Notes: generated from the letters alone by a model not told the origin. DNA of 63,994 nucleotides, filler included, from Globobulimina sp. (GCA_003354225.1; 49 parts of 49 records of this genome joined end to end with filler, not necessarily neighbours in it); one strand, 5' to 3'; positions 32,714-45,113 are shown, numbered from the whole stretch's first letter. Numbers and translations are program-made.

Positions 32714-33921
32714 ATGATAGCATCCGTAGCAATGTCTGTACCATATATGATATCGATTGGTAACCATGAATATGATCATTTTTCCCCGCCCAATGATGGC
32801 GGCAATGATGTGTCGGGTGTTGGTGGCGATGGATATCATCCAATATGGGGCAATTTCCATGATGACAGCAATGGGGAATGTGGCGTGCCAGCGTATTATA
32901 GATTTGATGCGGAGATATGCGAGGATGGGAATTCTATATTTTGGTATTCCTTTGATTATCAATCTGTACATTTTATAATGCTATCATCGGAGCATAATTA
33001 CTCGCGTAACACGGATGGGTATAATTTCTTAGTAAACGATTTGGAAAATGTGGATCATACATTAATGCCATGGATTATTGTTTCCATTCATCGGCCTTTA
33101 TACGAATCAGAGATATATCCAGATGATAATATGGTGGATGCTCATTTGTTGCAGTTGTTAGAAGGAATATTTTATAAATATAAAGTTGATATGGTATTAG
33201 CTGGCCATTTTCATAGTTATTTGAGGACGTGCGCTGTTTATAATTATTCATGCATTGGACATGAAAATGGTGGAATTGTTCATTTAACGATGGGAGCAGC
33301 GGGCTTCATGCTTGATAATGCGGAATATGCACCAAATCAATATGTTTTATTTGCAAATGAAATTGATTTTGGCTATGGCAAATTTTTTGTAAATTCTACA
33401 CATTTAATGGTCCAATACATGGGCAGTGATTATGGAAAGGGCGTTATTGATGAGATTGTGTTAACAAAAAATAAAGCTGAAATTAAGCAGTTTAGCACAA
33501 CAACAACAACAAAAACAACAACAGATTGTATAGAATCAGTGGATTGTAATTGTAAATCGGATACTAATCATCCGGTATGTTGCAATGGAGTTCAATATGC
33601 ATCACAATGTTTTGCTGATTGTCAGTGTCAATCTGAATGTTTAAACGGAAAATGTGAGGACATCACGCAAATGCAATATACTGATAAAAATGATGCGAAA
33701 ACATTGTTATTAATTATTATTTGTACATGTGTCATTATCGTATTGTTATTCATAATATTGGTTTCTTATCGATGGCAGAATAAAAAACAAATGAAAGCTC
33801 AACTCACATTTGAAATAGAAAGAGATGATTTTAATGAGGGTGATGATTTTGATGATAAGGAGGTAAACACATTATTGAACACCGGGGAAAATCTAATCAA
33901 AGAAGCATTTAAATACAGAGA
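32714..33921 (+). CDS. Purple acid phosphatase (metallophosphoesterase) with Kazal-like domain and C-terminal TM segment
   Basis: PYMISIGNHE, DSNGECGVP, HRPLY, AGHFHSYLRTC; CNC...PVCCNGVQYASQC; TM LLLIIICTCVIIVLLFIILV. Confidence 0.9.
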
Positions 33922-34021
33922 NNNNNNNNNNNNNNNNNNNNNNNNNNNNNNNNNNNNNNNNNNNNTTAATTAATTAANNNNNNNNNNNNNNNNNNNNNNN
34001 NNNNNNNNNNNNNNNNNNNNN

Positions 34022-34642
34022 TACCAATTGCAGGCAAAAGCATTTATGATCAATAATGATAACAAAGAAAAAGTACGCGAATCAAAATCAAAATCTTTTA
34101 TGAATAAAAGTGATGAAGCAAATAACAAAGAAAATAGAAATGAAGAAAATATAAACAAAGAAACAAAACATTTTAGCAAAAATAATGGTATATTTAATCC
34201 AAAAGCAATTATTTCGGAAAAAAATAAAAACAGAAAGAAAGCGCCTTTACCAAAAGTTGAAAATCTTGGATGTATTACGCTGAAAGAATTAAATGAATAT
34301 TGTTGTACTCATAAACGCAGACAGTTAATATCAATATTTGGTACAATATTTGATGTGTCAGCAGCCGTAGATAAATATGGAACGGATGGCACATACAAAG
34401 AATTTGCAGGACATGATATTACTTTGGCATTAGGCACAGGGAAATTGAATGAAAAATGGTTGGATAGATTTGTGCAATTTGAACCTAGACATAAACAGTG
34501 TGCAAAAGGATGGATGGATCATTATCGAGAGCAATATCCAACTGCTGGTATTTTAGAAAAATGGTCGGAAAATACAAGGAGTTGGCCAAAATTAACTGAG
34601 CAAGAATTAAATGAGTTGAATGCAGAATGTAGTATTATGTGA
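34022..34642 (+). CDS. Cytochrome b5-like heme/steroid-binding (MAPR-type) protein
   Basis: ITLKELNEY...ISIFGTIFDVS...YG..G.YKEFAGHDITLAL...YPTAG. Confidence 0.85.
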   Translation, partial: YQLQAKAFMINNDNKEKVRESKSKSFMNKSDEANNKENRNEENINKETKHFSKNNGIFNPKAIISEKNKNRKKAPLPKVENLGCITLKELNEYCCTHKRRQLISIFGTIFDVSAAVDKYGTDGTYKEFAGHDITLALGTGKLNEKWLDRFVQFEPRHKQCAKGWMDHYREQYPTAGILEKWSENTRSWPKLTEQELNELNAECSIM

Positions 34643-34960
34643 AAATATTAGCTTATAGCACTGACTTTGCGTTTTTGTTTTTCTTTTTGTGTCAGAGGGG
34701 GATATTTATCATAGTTTGAACTTGTTTACACATTATGTTTCATACTTTTTTGAAAAATACTAAAAGCTAGATTTTATACTGTGTTGTCTTCATCCTTTCG
34801 AACAATACATTGAATATGGAAGAAGAAAAGTGTCCATTACAGAAATTGTGAAATTTTTCACCAATTAAAAGCTGACATTTATTGTATTGATTTCTTTGCA
34901 AAATATGTGTCAGCGGAGAAATAAAAATCATTTTTGAAAACGCTTTTTTACTCTGTTAAC

Positions 34961-35229
34961 ATGGCATCCCAGGACAAATTACCGGATGAGTTGAGATTTA
35001 GAAAAGGCGATATTGTAAAAATGGTGCAATTGAAATCTAAAAAAAAATGGAACGGTAAATTAGCGACAATCATTGGCTCATTTAGCAAATCAAAGAAACG
35101 ATGGCCACTACAAACTAATTTTGCTGACAATGTACATGCTTTGTTACAAGCAAAAAATTTAAGAATACATAAACAAGGAAACGGATGGATAATTGATCCA
35201 AACTCAGCAATTCAAAAATTAAATTTATT
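34961..35229 (+). CDS. Hypothetical protein with SH3/KOW-like N-terminus (partial)
   Basis: FRKGDIVKMVQLKSKKKWNGKLATII...RWP...LLQAKNL. Confidence 0.55.
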
Positions 35230-35329
35230 NNNNNNNNNNNNNNNNNNNNNNNNNNNNNNNNNNNNNNNNNNNNTTAATTAATTAANNNNNNNNNNNNNNN
35301 NNNNNNNNNNNNNNNNNNNNNNNNNNNNN

Positions 35330-35784
35330 GTGTTATTGTGAATATTGTTATCGTTCTTGTTATTGTTATTTTGTTGGTTATAACGTCTTCGTTTATTATT
35401 ATTATTATTGATATTATTTTTGTTTAATTGTATTGTCAATCCATTGTTGTTTACGATGTTAAATCTATTGTTATGAATATTGGATTGCTGTTGTTGTAGC
35501 ATATATGTTTGTAATTGTTGCTGATATTGCGACTGTGATTGTGATTGTGATTGTGACGCATTTGTTGGTGTGATAGGTGGAGGTGGTGTTGGTGTGATGG
35601 ATTGGCAATGACTCATTATCTGTGGTGGTGGTGCTAAAGTTGTTAATGAGGATGAGGATGAGCGAAATGTTGTGATTGGAGTGCCATTTGGCATTGCATC
35701 TGATAGCTGATATCGAGATGATGGAATTTGCAGTGTTGAAATCATTTCAGTGTTGCTCTTCAATTTCCCTAAGTATAATTTCAA
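35330..35784 (-). CDS. Low-complexity Q/N/S/P-rich protein fragment
   Basis: Open frame with SQSQSQ, poly-Q and poly-N tracts. Confidence 0.5.
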
Positions 35785-35977
35785 TGGATACTGTAGTATA
35801 TATAGTGGTCAAACGATATAGTTATAACATCACCTTGATTTAACAGGTTTATATTAGGATTTATGGATAATAACAAATGGTTTGGTTGTTGTATACGTCC
35901 ATCATTGCAGGATTTTGTGTATGATGATGACATGTAAAAAATGTAAGTAAGAATAGTAAGATTTTGTTGGTTAGAAA

Positions 35978-36537
35978 ATGAATATGGCGCTGGCTCTTTG
36001 GTTAATCTTGTTGTATTTAGTTTCTTTCGAAACTAGCAATGCAGAAATAATTCATTGCGGTGGATCATGCAGTTGCAGTACGCAAATGTCAGGAGAAACC
36101 TGCAGATTATATTGTTTAGGTCAAGATGAATGTAAAGACAGTACCTTACGATGTAGACCTGGCGACGACTGTATAATCCAATGTTATGGCGAAAGCGCAT
36201 GTGCTGGCAATACCAATATGATTGCTACCTCTGCAAATAATGTTAATCTCTATTGTATTGGTCAAGATGCATGCAAAGGTACCTACTTTGTATACAAATA
36301 CAAAAATTAAATGTGTACTGTATATGCCAAACAAAAGGTAATACAAAATTGTACTGTGGTACCGGAAATTGTGATGTTGCGTGTGAGCAGTCGACAAGTT
36401 GTGAAGATTTGACCGTTTTAGGGGCACGCCAAGCATATGCATACTCCGGCAGATCATCCTCAGATTCATCTGATACGTATACAAGGGCATATGCAAGAAT
36501 TACACCAAGACCAACACCGAGGCCAACACGAAGACCT
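35978..36537 (+). CDS. Secreted Cys-rich repeat protein with a PT-rich stalk (one intron)
   Basis: Signal peptide; repeated C.G...C units; RPTPRPTRRP. Confidence 0.75.
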
Positions 36538-36664
36538 NNNNNNNNNNNNNNNNNNNNNNNNNNNNNNNNNNNNNNNNNNNNTTAATTAATTAANNNNNNN
36601 NNNNNNNNNNNNNNNNNNNNNNNNNNNNNNNNNNNNNTTCTGTATATTTCTATACTGCTACGGT

Positions 36665-37845
36665 CTATAATAGGCTATGAGTTGTTAAAGCCACTTGACC
36701 CCCCAAATTGTGGATATCCATATGAGAGTCATTTAGTGTTTGTTGGAGGGACAGCTGCTGTTTAACTGCATTAGTTCGATAATCATTTATTGGCTGTCCC
36801 TGTTTATTAATGGTAGCCATACAATCTCGGCGACCGTGTCCATCAAAACCGCAGCGATAACATGTGATATTTGGGATATTCGGTCGTCTGTTATTATTAT
36901 TGGTATTTGGCATCGTTTGCGACGGATTTGGTGTGTTTGTGGGTCGCTGCTCATTGCTACCAAGGAGTTGGCCACTTTTATGGCGTTTACTGCGGCAATC
37001 ACGCGCAAAATGGCCGTATTTGCCGCACCGAAAACACTCGCCACTCCGTGATGTATTGGATTGCATAGTATCAAAATTGCGTTTTAGTCCTCGCCGGGAC
37101 CAATTGCCTCGACCTCTGTTGCCGCCATATCCACGATAACCTCCACGGCCTCGCTGTCGATACCCACCACCACGAAAACCTCTACCTCGGCCACGATAAG
37201 CTCCTCTGCCTCGGCCACGGCCTCTAAAGTTGTCTCGGAAGCTGCCTCTGCCTCTTCCGCGACCTCTAAATCCCCCTCGATCTCTATCAAAGTTTCTATT
37301 AAATGGCCGCGACTGCGCTCGAAACAAAGATGTTGTATTTGCCTCATCTTTATATATTTTAAACTGATAATTACGATCATCGGCATGTACGCGCGGGACA
37401 ACAATATCCGGCAAAGCTATGATGAGATTAACGAATTGCTGCAATGTAATCGGATTATGATTGCCAATGTGTTGCTTGACTTTATGATTAATTTTAGATA
37501 CATTATTATAGGAATCAATATTATTTTGTGTTACAAAGATGCGTTTCAATTGAATCCATTTCTCGCGATCTGATAATTGCGGCAATTGCTGGTTTTCGGG
37601 CAAATCTTCATTCAAAAGATTTGTACATAATGCAATGTTGCCACATAATATCTGAAATCTATCAAAAACAGTTAGCGGATTTTCTTTATATCTAAATTGG
37701 ATTTGTTTTAATTTATTAATCAACGAATCAACATTCGGAGTCGGTGGATATTGATATTTTGCCCATTTCTTCAATATATTCAAGGATTTATGCTGTAACA
37801 ATGCGATATCGTCATCTTCCTGGCTTTTCTCATTCTGATTGGCCA
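36665..37845 (-). mobile_element. LTR-retrotransposon Gag-like protein with an RGG tract and two CCHC zinc knuckles
   Basis: CFRCGKYGHFARDC and CYRCGFDGHGRRDC; helical capsid-like N-terminal part; no introns. Confidence 0.7.
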
Positions 37846-38258
37846 NNNNNNNNNNNNNNNNNNNNNNNNNNNNNNNNNNNNNNNNNNNNTTAATTAATTA
37901 ANNNNNNNNNNNNNNNNNNNNNNNNNNNNNNNNNNNNNNNNNNNNCCATTCAATTGTTATCACCATCTCCTTGGTGTGCAAGGATAATCTAAAAGATAAT
38001 CACTCTAAGAATCTTTGTTATCTTTGTATGTTATTTGAAATTATGGTACACACAAAAGGCCAGGAAATGAACGACTATTTAGGGAAACATACAACTGCTG
38101 AATGCTAAATGCTAAATTTTTTTTAGATGGCTAAAATATCAAAAACTAGAAATATTAAATGTAAGCTGATAAAACAATATGCGAACACAATCGCAAATAA
38201 AACATATAAAATATATAAAATATAAAATGTAAATTAAATGTACAACACCGCGCTAAGT

Positions 38259-39153
38259 CTACAAAGGATGTTGATTATATATGGCAAGAGGATGTTGATT
38301 ATAGTTCATTGTATACGGCGTTATAGAACTTTGTACCGTGGGCGAGTCCATTGGACCGGGGGATGTATGTTTTGATATCGTGCCTTCCGGCACGGACATT
38401 CCACTCATCATAGCACTCAAAGTCAATCGAGTGGAATTTGTAGTGGTTGGTATATCGTACATATCCTCGACATCTACATCTATGCATTTCTTTTCTTCTT
38501 CCTCCCCATTGTTAAGAGAAGGGCCTCCATTATAATCAATTTTAAGTGAATCATATATATCCTCCAAATCACCATCACCGCCATCAGCATGAACCTCCTT
38601 CTCTTCATAAATCACATTGGTTCCACTATTACGCTTACTCACTACCACAGGGCCTACAGTGCCAGCAATATTCTCTGCTTTGTCCGTTTTCTTCTCCATG
38701 GGTTTGTTTTCAATCATTTTTTTGTGATTCCGCAGCATGGTACTAAACATAACAGAAAATAAACAACATACACAGCATAATATAGCAACGGTGGATATTA
38801 ATACGATCACTAGAGACGTTTCGAGCAAATCCACACTGGCTACATCCTGCACATATATATCCTGTGTATGTACAGGCATTAATGTAGAAATAATTGCTGT
38901 AGTTTCGGACACATAATGTGTCAAATTAAAAGCAGTGATATCAAAGTTATCCCCTGCGACTGCGGCAGATATATAAATATCAAACGTTTGGTTTGTATCC
39001 AAGCCGTAATATAAAATATGTCTAGCTTTGCATGCTGGATTGCTGTATGTCAATATCATGTAATTGAAATACGGATTGTTTTCTAATGTGAACTGCAATG
39101 GATAGGATATATTTGGTGCGCTGGTGAATGGATTAAAATAACCATACGAGCCA
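38259..39153 (-). CDS. Single-pass type I membrane protein, C-terminal part
   Basis: TM LVIVLISTVAILCCVCCLFSVMF; the tail repeats EDIYD/EDMYD and YNQHPL. Confidence 0.65.
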
Positions 39154-39468
39154 NNNNNNNNNNNNNNNNNNNNNNNNNNNNNNNNNNNNNNNNNNNNTTA
39201 ATTAATTAANNNNNNNNNNNNNNNNNNNNNNNNNNNNNNNNNNNNNNNNNNNNGTTCTGACTTTGTTCTGCAAGACAAGTTATAACAAACACAGAACAAA
39301 CACAGAACAAACCCAAGACAAACCTATAGCAAACCGTTTCTGGATTTGCAACATTTCTCAGATAATAATCAAATGTATACAACTGATCGACCAGGGGAAG
39401 GGGTTATCTTTTGGAATATATCGTTCAGTTTTATCCAAGCTGGGTGGTGTGGTAGTAGGGGTTATCTA

Positions 39469-40358
39469 ATGAAGATTCCAGCATTCCATGGACTTCCCAG
39501 CAAGATTATAGGTAATCGACATTCAAATTGGGGTTACTTTGCACATTTATGCATTGATTGCAAAGCAGAACATAATGAATTATCGCCAGGTATAATGAAC
39601 AAGAAGGAAAATGTCCGTTTTCAGGAATTTTAATGAATATAGCAAGCCACTGTGATTGGAGACTATCTGTATTGAGAAAAACAAAAGAAGTTATTTTCAC
39701 CAAAGACAATGTGCTGCTGGGATGTGCTGAATTTAAAGGCAGAGTAGAATCGATGAAATCAAGCGTCATATGGGATCACGACCTTATTGAAAGTCTTCCG
39801 AATTTGATGAGTGACCCATCAGTATTGGATATTGAGCCAGATCTCACATTCAAATTATTGTCATTAAATGATGCAGTGAATAAACAGCTTGATCCAATGA
39901 GATGTGCATTGTGTTGGGGGACTATAAAGTATGGTAATATTACTTGCAAACAATGCAAACAATCATCGACTGCGTGGAAAATTTGGAGATTACTCAACAA
40001 AAGATTACGCGCAGCAGTAAACACAACTAAACGCCGTGGGGAGAAATGTTGTGATAGAGGAATATATGATTTATCAATGGCGTTTGCGATTGATACATTA
40101 TCAAAGCAGAAATTCAGAGGATTTTACACGAAAATACCATTGACCTTTGAAGTTAATCAACCATTTACTTCATCTATAGAGAGAATTGACAATGACATAG
40201 GATACATAACAAGTAACACACGATTTGAAGGTAAAATATTTAATGTCTGGCATAACAGTTTCGGACATCCAAATCCAAACAATGAAAAGATAGGTTCTCC
40301 GAATTGGAGTCGAGAAAAATATCAATATTTTTTCGAAACAAGATTCAATCAAAAGTAA
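39469..40358 (+). pseudogene. Zn-ribbon + two HNH-like (His-Me finger) repeats, giant-virus/phage type; frameshift near 39575
   Basis: Repeat 1 (frame open from 39579): EQEGKCPFSGILM...DWRLSVLR...FTKDNVLLGCAEF. Repeat 2: KQKFRGFYTKIPL...SSIERIDNDIGYITSNTRF...FN. CxxC pairs LCIDC, CALC, CKQC. Confidence 0.7.
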
Positions 40359-40396
40359 AGAAGATTAAAAGTAAAAAGTTTGTGGATTTTGGATCT
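40356..40396 (+). repeat. Dispersed 41-bp repeat, identical to 50816-50856
   Basis: TAAAGAAGATTAAAAGTAAAAAGTTTGTGGATTTTGGATCT occurs in two different contigs. Confidence 0.95.
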
Positions 40397-40649
40397 AAAA
40401 AGATTACAAGCTGTCGAACATAAGTACAGGATATAAAAATAATTGGTTTGTTCTGGGTTTANNNNNNNNNNNNNNNNNNNNNNNNNNNNNNNNNNNNNNN
40501 NNNNNTTAATTAATTAANNNNNNNNNNNNNNNNNNNNNNNNNNNNNNNNNNNNNNNNNNNNATCCTCCAGCACTATCTCCCGGATTACAAACCCATGAAC
40601 ACCTATGAATCCAGCGACCTCGCGGATACTGTCACTGAATTGATGGTGC

Positions 40650-41769
40650 AACAGTATCGCGAGTTATTTTATCAGAATAATAAAAGCGATCTACGATAAT
40701 TCGCATTCTGCCATTCGCAATATCCCTTTCATAACCAACCTCTACAAACTTGAAAATGGAGTGCTTCAAGGCTCTGTCCTGAGCCCCATCCTCTTTGCCG
40801 CCTTCATAAACGATATGATCTCTGAGCTGCAGGACACTGGGAAAGAAGCCCTTTCGCCTGACCCAAACAACCCAATCTCCTGCATTTTCTACGCCGACGA
40901 TGTCAGAAGGGCTGCGTGACCTCATAACCATCTGCGAGAAGCATAGCAAACGATGGGCGTACTCCTTCAACTCCAAAAAATGCAAAACCATCATATTCAA
41001 TGATCCCTCAATTACCACCAATAATAAAAACTATTCTGCAACACAAAAAGCAATATTAACAAATGAATACTACCAACGATTAAACAAAATAAACAATAAA
41101 AACCCACCAATGCTCTTAATCCAACCACTGCAGAATGATAGAACAATGGCAATCGACATTGACGGTCAAATAAACTCGTACCAAAATTATGACATTCCAA
41201 ATGACATCCTGCAGAATTTCCGTGAGCACTGCCGATATTTCAAAAATCACATCTCCAATAAACCATTCCATATCATCTGGAATAGCATTATCATGGACCA
41301 TAGCTGGGCCATCTCAAGAATGCATCATCTCATCCGTCTTAATGGCTCACCCCTAAAAATCGCCACGCATCTCCGTTATCTCGGTGCTCAACTGAGCTCA
41401 TACAATGACTCTAATCTCGTTTCCACAGTAAACACGAACGCCAACTTCCTTAATAAATTTGACAACAAAGCAAGAATGCTGGCCCAGCTCGACTTCAATC
41501 ACGACTTTATTTCGTTGGCAGACAAAATACGTATCTTAAAAACTTTCTATTTGGTCTACACTGAGATTTTTGCACAAGTCCTGGACTGCAACACGATAAA
41601 CCTAGCAGCAGCCACTGAAAAGCAAATCAACGCCATCGCACGTAATACTGGCATAAAAAAGTTCATTTTCAAGCAGTTCTCCATCTTTGCCGGGGTCCCT
41701 TCCCCATTGGAGCGCTGGACAGTGCTCAAATTGGCGTTCTTTTGGAAGCTCTGCAAAAGCGACCCAATC
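40650..41769 (+). mobile_element. Non-LTR (LINE) reverse transcriptase, frameshifted just after YADD
   Basis: RIIKAIYDN...GVLQGSVLSPILFAAFINDM...CIFYADD (YADD at 40890-40901; frame missing from the ORF track), then in another frame GLRDLITICE...FNSKKCKTI...LRYLG. Confidence 0.9.
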
Positions 41770-41869
41770 NNNNNNNNNNNNNNNNNNNNNNNNNNNNNNN
41801 NNNNNNNNNNNNNTTAATTAATTAANNNNNNNNNNNNNNNNNNNNNNNNNNNNNNNNNNNNNNNNNNNN

Positions 41870-43077
41870 AAATGTTACGTTGGCGGCGCCTAAGAAGGCA
41901 AAGAAAGGCAAATCGAAAGTCACTGCGGCTAATCAGCAGCATGACAAAGTATGTAAATCAGCGGTTTGTTGCGCACAAAGCGCCTTTTTTCTTGCCCTCC
42001 CTTCTTGCCCTTCATTATTGAGATTCGCCAATCATATATTCGTTTGTATACTGCTTTGCGTTGTATACCAAACCAAACCAATTAGTATCTGACGGCATGC
42101 AAACCTTCGGTTTGTACGCCAAACCCATTGAGATGTTACCATTCGTACATTGAAAGCCACACTGTTTTTGCCCAGCTGCTAACAAAAAGTCGGTACACTG
42201 TGTTACAAACCGATCATACACGGACCGCTCCTACATTTGATGCAGTATCCGGGCGTTCCGGACTGCTAAGAAAAAAGTTCTCTCTGCTCCCCCATACACG
42301 GAGTGATCCGAGCCGTTACAATATGGCTATATAGACAATGAAGGCGATGATGTACGCCAATGAGAGGCGAGAGAAACGAAGGAAGCGGGCGGCGAAGAAC
42401 ACCGCCAGCAAAGCACAGAAACGAGGGGACGGTGCCACGGCCGACAACGACTCCAAAGGAGGTAGTGGCGATGACGGGGACAGTGACGACAGTGACAGTG
42501 ACAGAGACAGTGACAAAGACAGTGACAGTGACAGTGACGATAGCAAACAAGACGGAGACAGTGACAGTGACAGTGACAGTGACAGCGAGAATGATAGCAA
42601 TGCGGCGCATGACAGTGACGACTCATTGGTGCGAACGCAGAAAGCAGCGGCACGCCGCGATGACAAGCAACTGAACAAAAAGAGCAACACTGGCAAAAAA
42701 TGCCGTGTTTCACAGAAAATTATCAAAAAATGGGTCCGTGAGCCCCCGCATCGCATGTCAATGAAGACATTGCTTTTGAGCGCGGCCAATAATGGCCAGA
42801 CATTGAATGAAATCGTAATTGGAATGCCAGACAGTAATATACCGCAGACTGTGGTGTTGGCGATGTTGAATAAAATCGCCATGTACAAAGTGAAAGAGTT
42901 AAGTATCACTAAACCCGATGACTGGCAAACTACACAGATGGAAATCTTGCAGGATTGGATTAAATTTAATGACGAGTTTTTGCATTTATTTTATCAGGAT
43001 GTGGGACAGAATATGGTCCCTACGATTTTGGCTTATTTGGATTCGAACATGTTTTCGACAGTTTTGTGCTTTAAGCA
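41870..43077 (+). CDS. Hypothetical protein with (DS)n tract; probable intron at about 41949-42085 and in-frame TAG at 42332-42334
   Basis: ORFs 42128-42334 and 42338 onward share a frame; (GACAGT)n repeat at about 42478-42583. Confidence 0.55.
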
Positions 43078-43405
43078 NNNNNNNNNNNNNNNNNNNNNNN
43101 NNNNNNNNNNNNNNNNNNNNNTTAATTAATTAANNNNNNNNNNNNNNNNNNNNNNNNNNNNNNNNNNNNNNNNNNNNTCTCTGGCATATAAAACAGCCGC
43201 TGCACACTAAATATAACATTATATTATATATAATATAAAGATATATAAAGACCATACAATGTTTGGTTTCCATGCTACCGCTGCGATAGCTTTTCTTTTA
43301 ATGGCTTCAGTGCGCTAAATGTAATAATAATGCATAATTTCTGTGGAAAAAAATATAAAAAACATACAAGTTTAGCTTCTGCTTCTTTATCTTGAAAGAG
43401 AGGTT

Positions 43406-43862
43406 TTACTTCGAATTCACGATGTCTAGCTTCTGATTTCTTACTGTAACTGTCCATCCATCATCATTGGATGTATTTTTTTTATAAAATTCTTCTGAAT
43501 TGCCAATGTTTGAAATATATTTTACTGAAATCTGTAAACAATCCAAATATATGATACAAAAAAACAAATAAGAAAACACTAACTTTTTTAACATTACTAC
43601 TTTTAAAACAATATAATCGGCGATTATCAATTGTTCTATAATGGCCCTGGAAGAAACCAACACGAATTGGTGGAATGTTGTGTGCTTTGATTTCCTTGGT
43701 TTTTAACATATTGATTGTGTCTTGTAACGGTGTGCCATCACTAAATGTATCGCTTATAGTATTTTGAGTGTATCTGATTTGGGATACGTTCACCCTTCTA
43801 AATGTGCTTTGGGTACTTTTGGTATTTTTTGCATTTTTTCTGGGATAAGGCATTGCAGTCAT
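43406..43862 (-). CDS. ParB/Srx-like domain protein (intron 43532-43583)
   Basis: IRYTQNTISDTFSDG...IPPIRV...YRTIDNRRLYCFK|ISVKY...KNTSNDDGWTVTVR. Confidence 0.7.
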
Positions 43863-44485
43863 TGTAAAAAAAAAGTTTTGTATTATATGAGAGTGGTGTT
43901 ATGTGACTTCTGTGAAACGTTTTGTAGATGATAAATAGCTAATTCTTGCCTCCTGAAAACCAAAACATAAAATATCAGTCAATATGATCATCACTACACA
44001 AAAAAAATAGAACAGACAATGAAATAAGAATGTTAACACAAAAAAATATACAGCCTATCATGCAGATAACAAAACAAAAATATTTATAAACCAATTAAAA
44101 AATGTAAGTTTATTTCAAATTAAATAAAATCAACAAATTATTTCAAGATAAATATTAATAATTATAATTTATAAATAATTTAACTCAAATATCAAATATC
44201 CAATATATTATCAGTAGTATCCGGAAACGTTTCATCATTCAACGTCTCCAATGGCGTAATTACATCGTCCTCATCATCGCGAACAGTCTCAACTTTAATA
44301 TGGTCAAACTTCCGCTTATTAACAGGCGACAAATGATCAGTCACATCCGTTTCATTACTAGCCTCCTTCAACAATTGCAACTTTGNNNNNNNNNNNNNNN
44401 NNNNNNNNNNNNNNNNNNNNNNNNNNNNNTTAATTAATTAANNNNNNNNNNNNNNNNNNNNNNNNNNNNNNNNNNNNNNNNNNNN

Positions 44486-45113
44486 CACGGATTTCATTAT
44501 TTAAATTGAACCATTTTAATGACACAATATTTAATTTATTTAATAAGAATTTATCCAAAATTTCTGTCTTATTTTCATAATTTACATCAATATCTTCTTC
44601 ATTCGACTCAATCTCTGTTAAATCGGTTTGTTTCACAATAAATGACAAATTATTAAAATAAAAATTATTAAATGCATTCAACACATTTGATTCGATCATC
44701 TCTTCGGATAATAATTTTATCCATTGCTGATAGAAATAAACATATACATTAAACATATATGTTTTTCGTTGTCGATTATCTTTGATTTTCTTAATCTGTT
44801 TATTTATAATATTCAAATTTGCATAATTCTTATTTGAAATAAAAGATTTATTATCATTTAAATCTGAATATTTATTCTCTTCATCCAATGAATTAACACA
44901 TTCTGAGCAAACCATGTAAGTGCTATTTGATATGGTATTGTATTTGCATTGTTCTCCTGTAGCACAGCAATAAAATTCTGTTTCATCTTTTTGATATTGT
45001 TTAAAACAACACATGCACTCTGTCCATGGATATGGATACTTTACATTTAATGGTTTACCACAATAACAAATGGAATTGATATTATTGAATTGTTCATGTT
45101 GTTTACTCTCCAT
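44486..45113 (-). CDS. Cys-rich, possibly Zn-binding, hypothetical protein (3' partial)
   Basis: CYCG, CMCC, CC...C and CSEC clusters. Confidence 0.55.

Noticed and set aside
40890..40901. Retron, DGR or group II intron RT
   Set aside because: GVLQGSVLSPILF, FN..KCK and LRYLG are non-LTR retrotransposon signatures; no ncRNA or template/variable repeat pair is visible.
40632..41021. 129-aa minus-strand ORF
   Set aside because: Antisense shadow of the RT motifs on the plus strand.
42266..42909. Overlapping ORFs with VTVT, LSLS and CHCH repeats
   Set aside because: Shadow frames of the (GACAGT)n repeat that encodes the DS tract.
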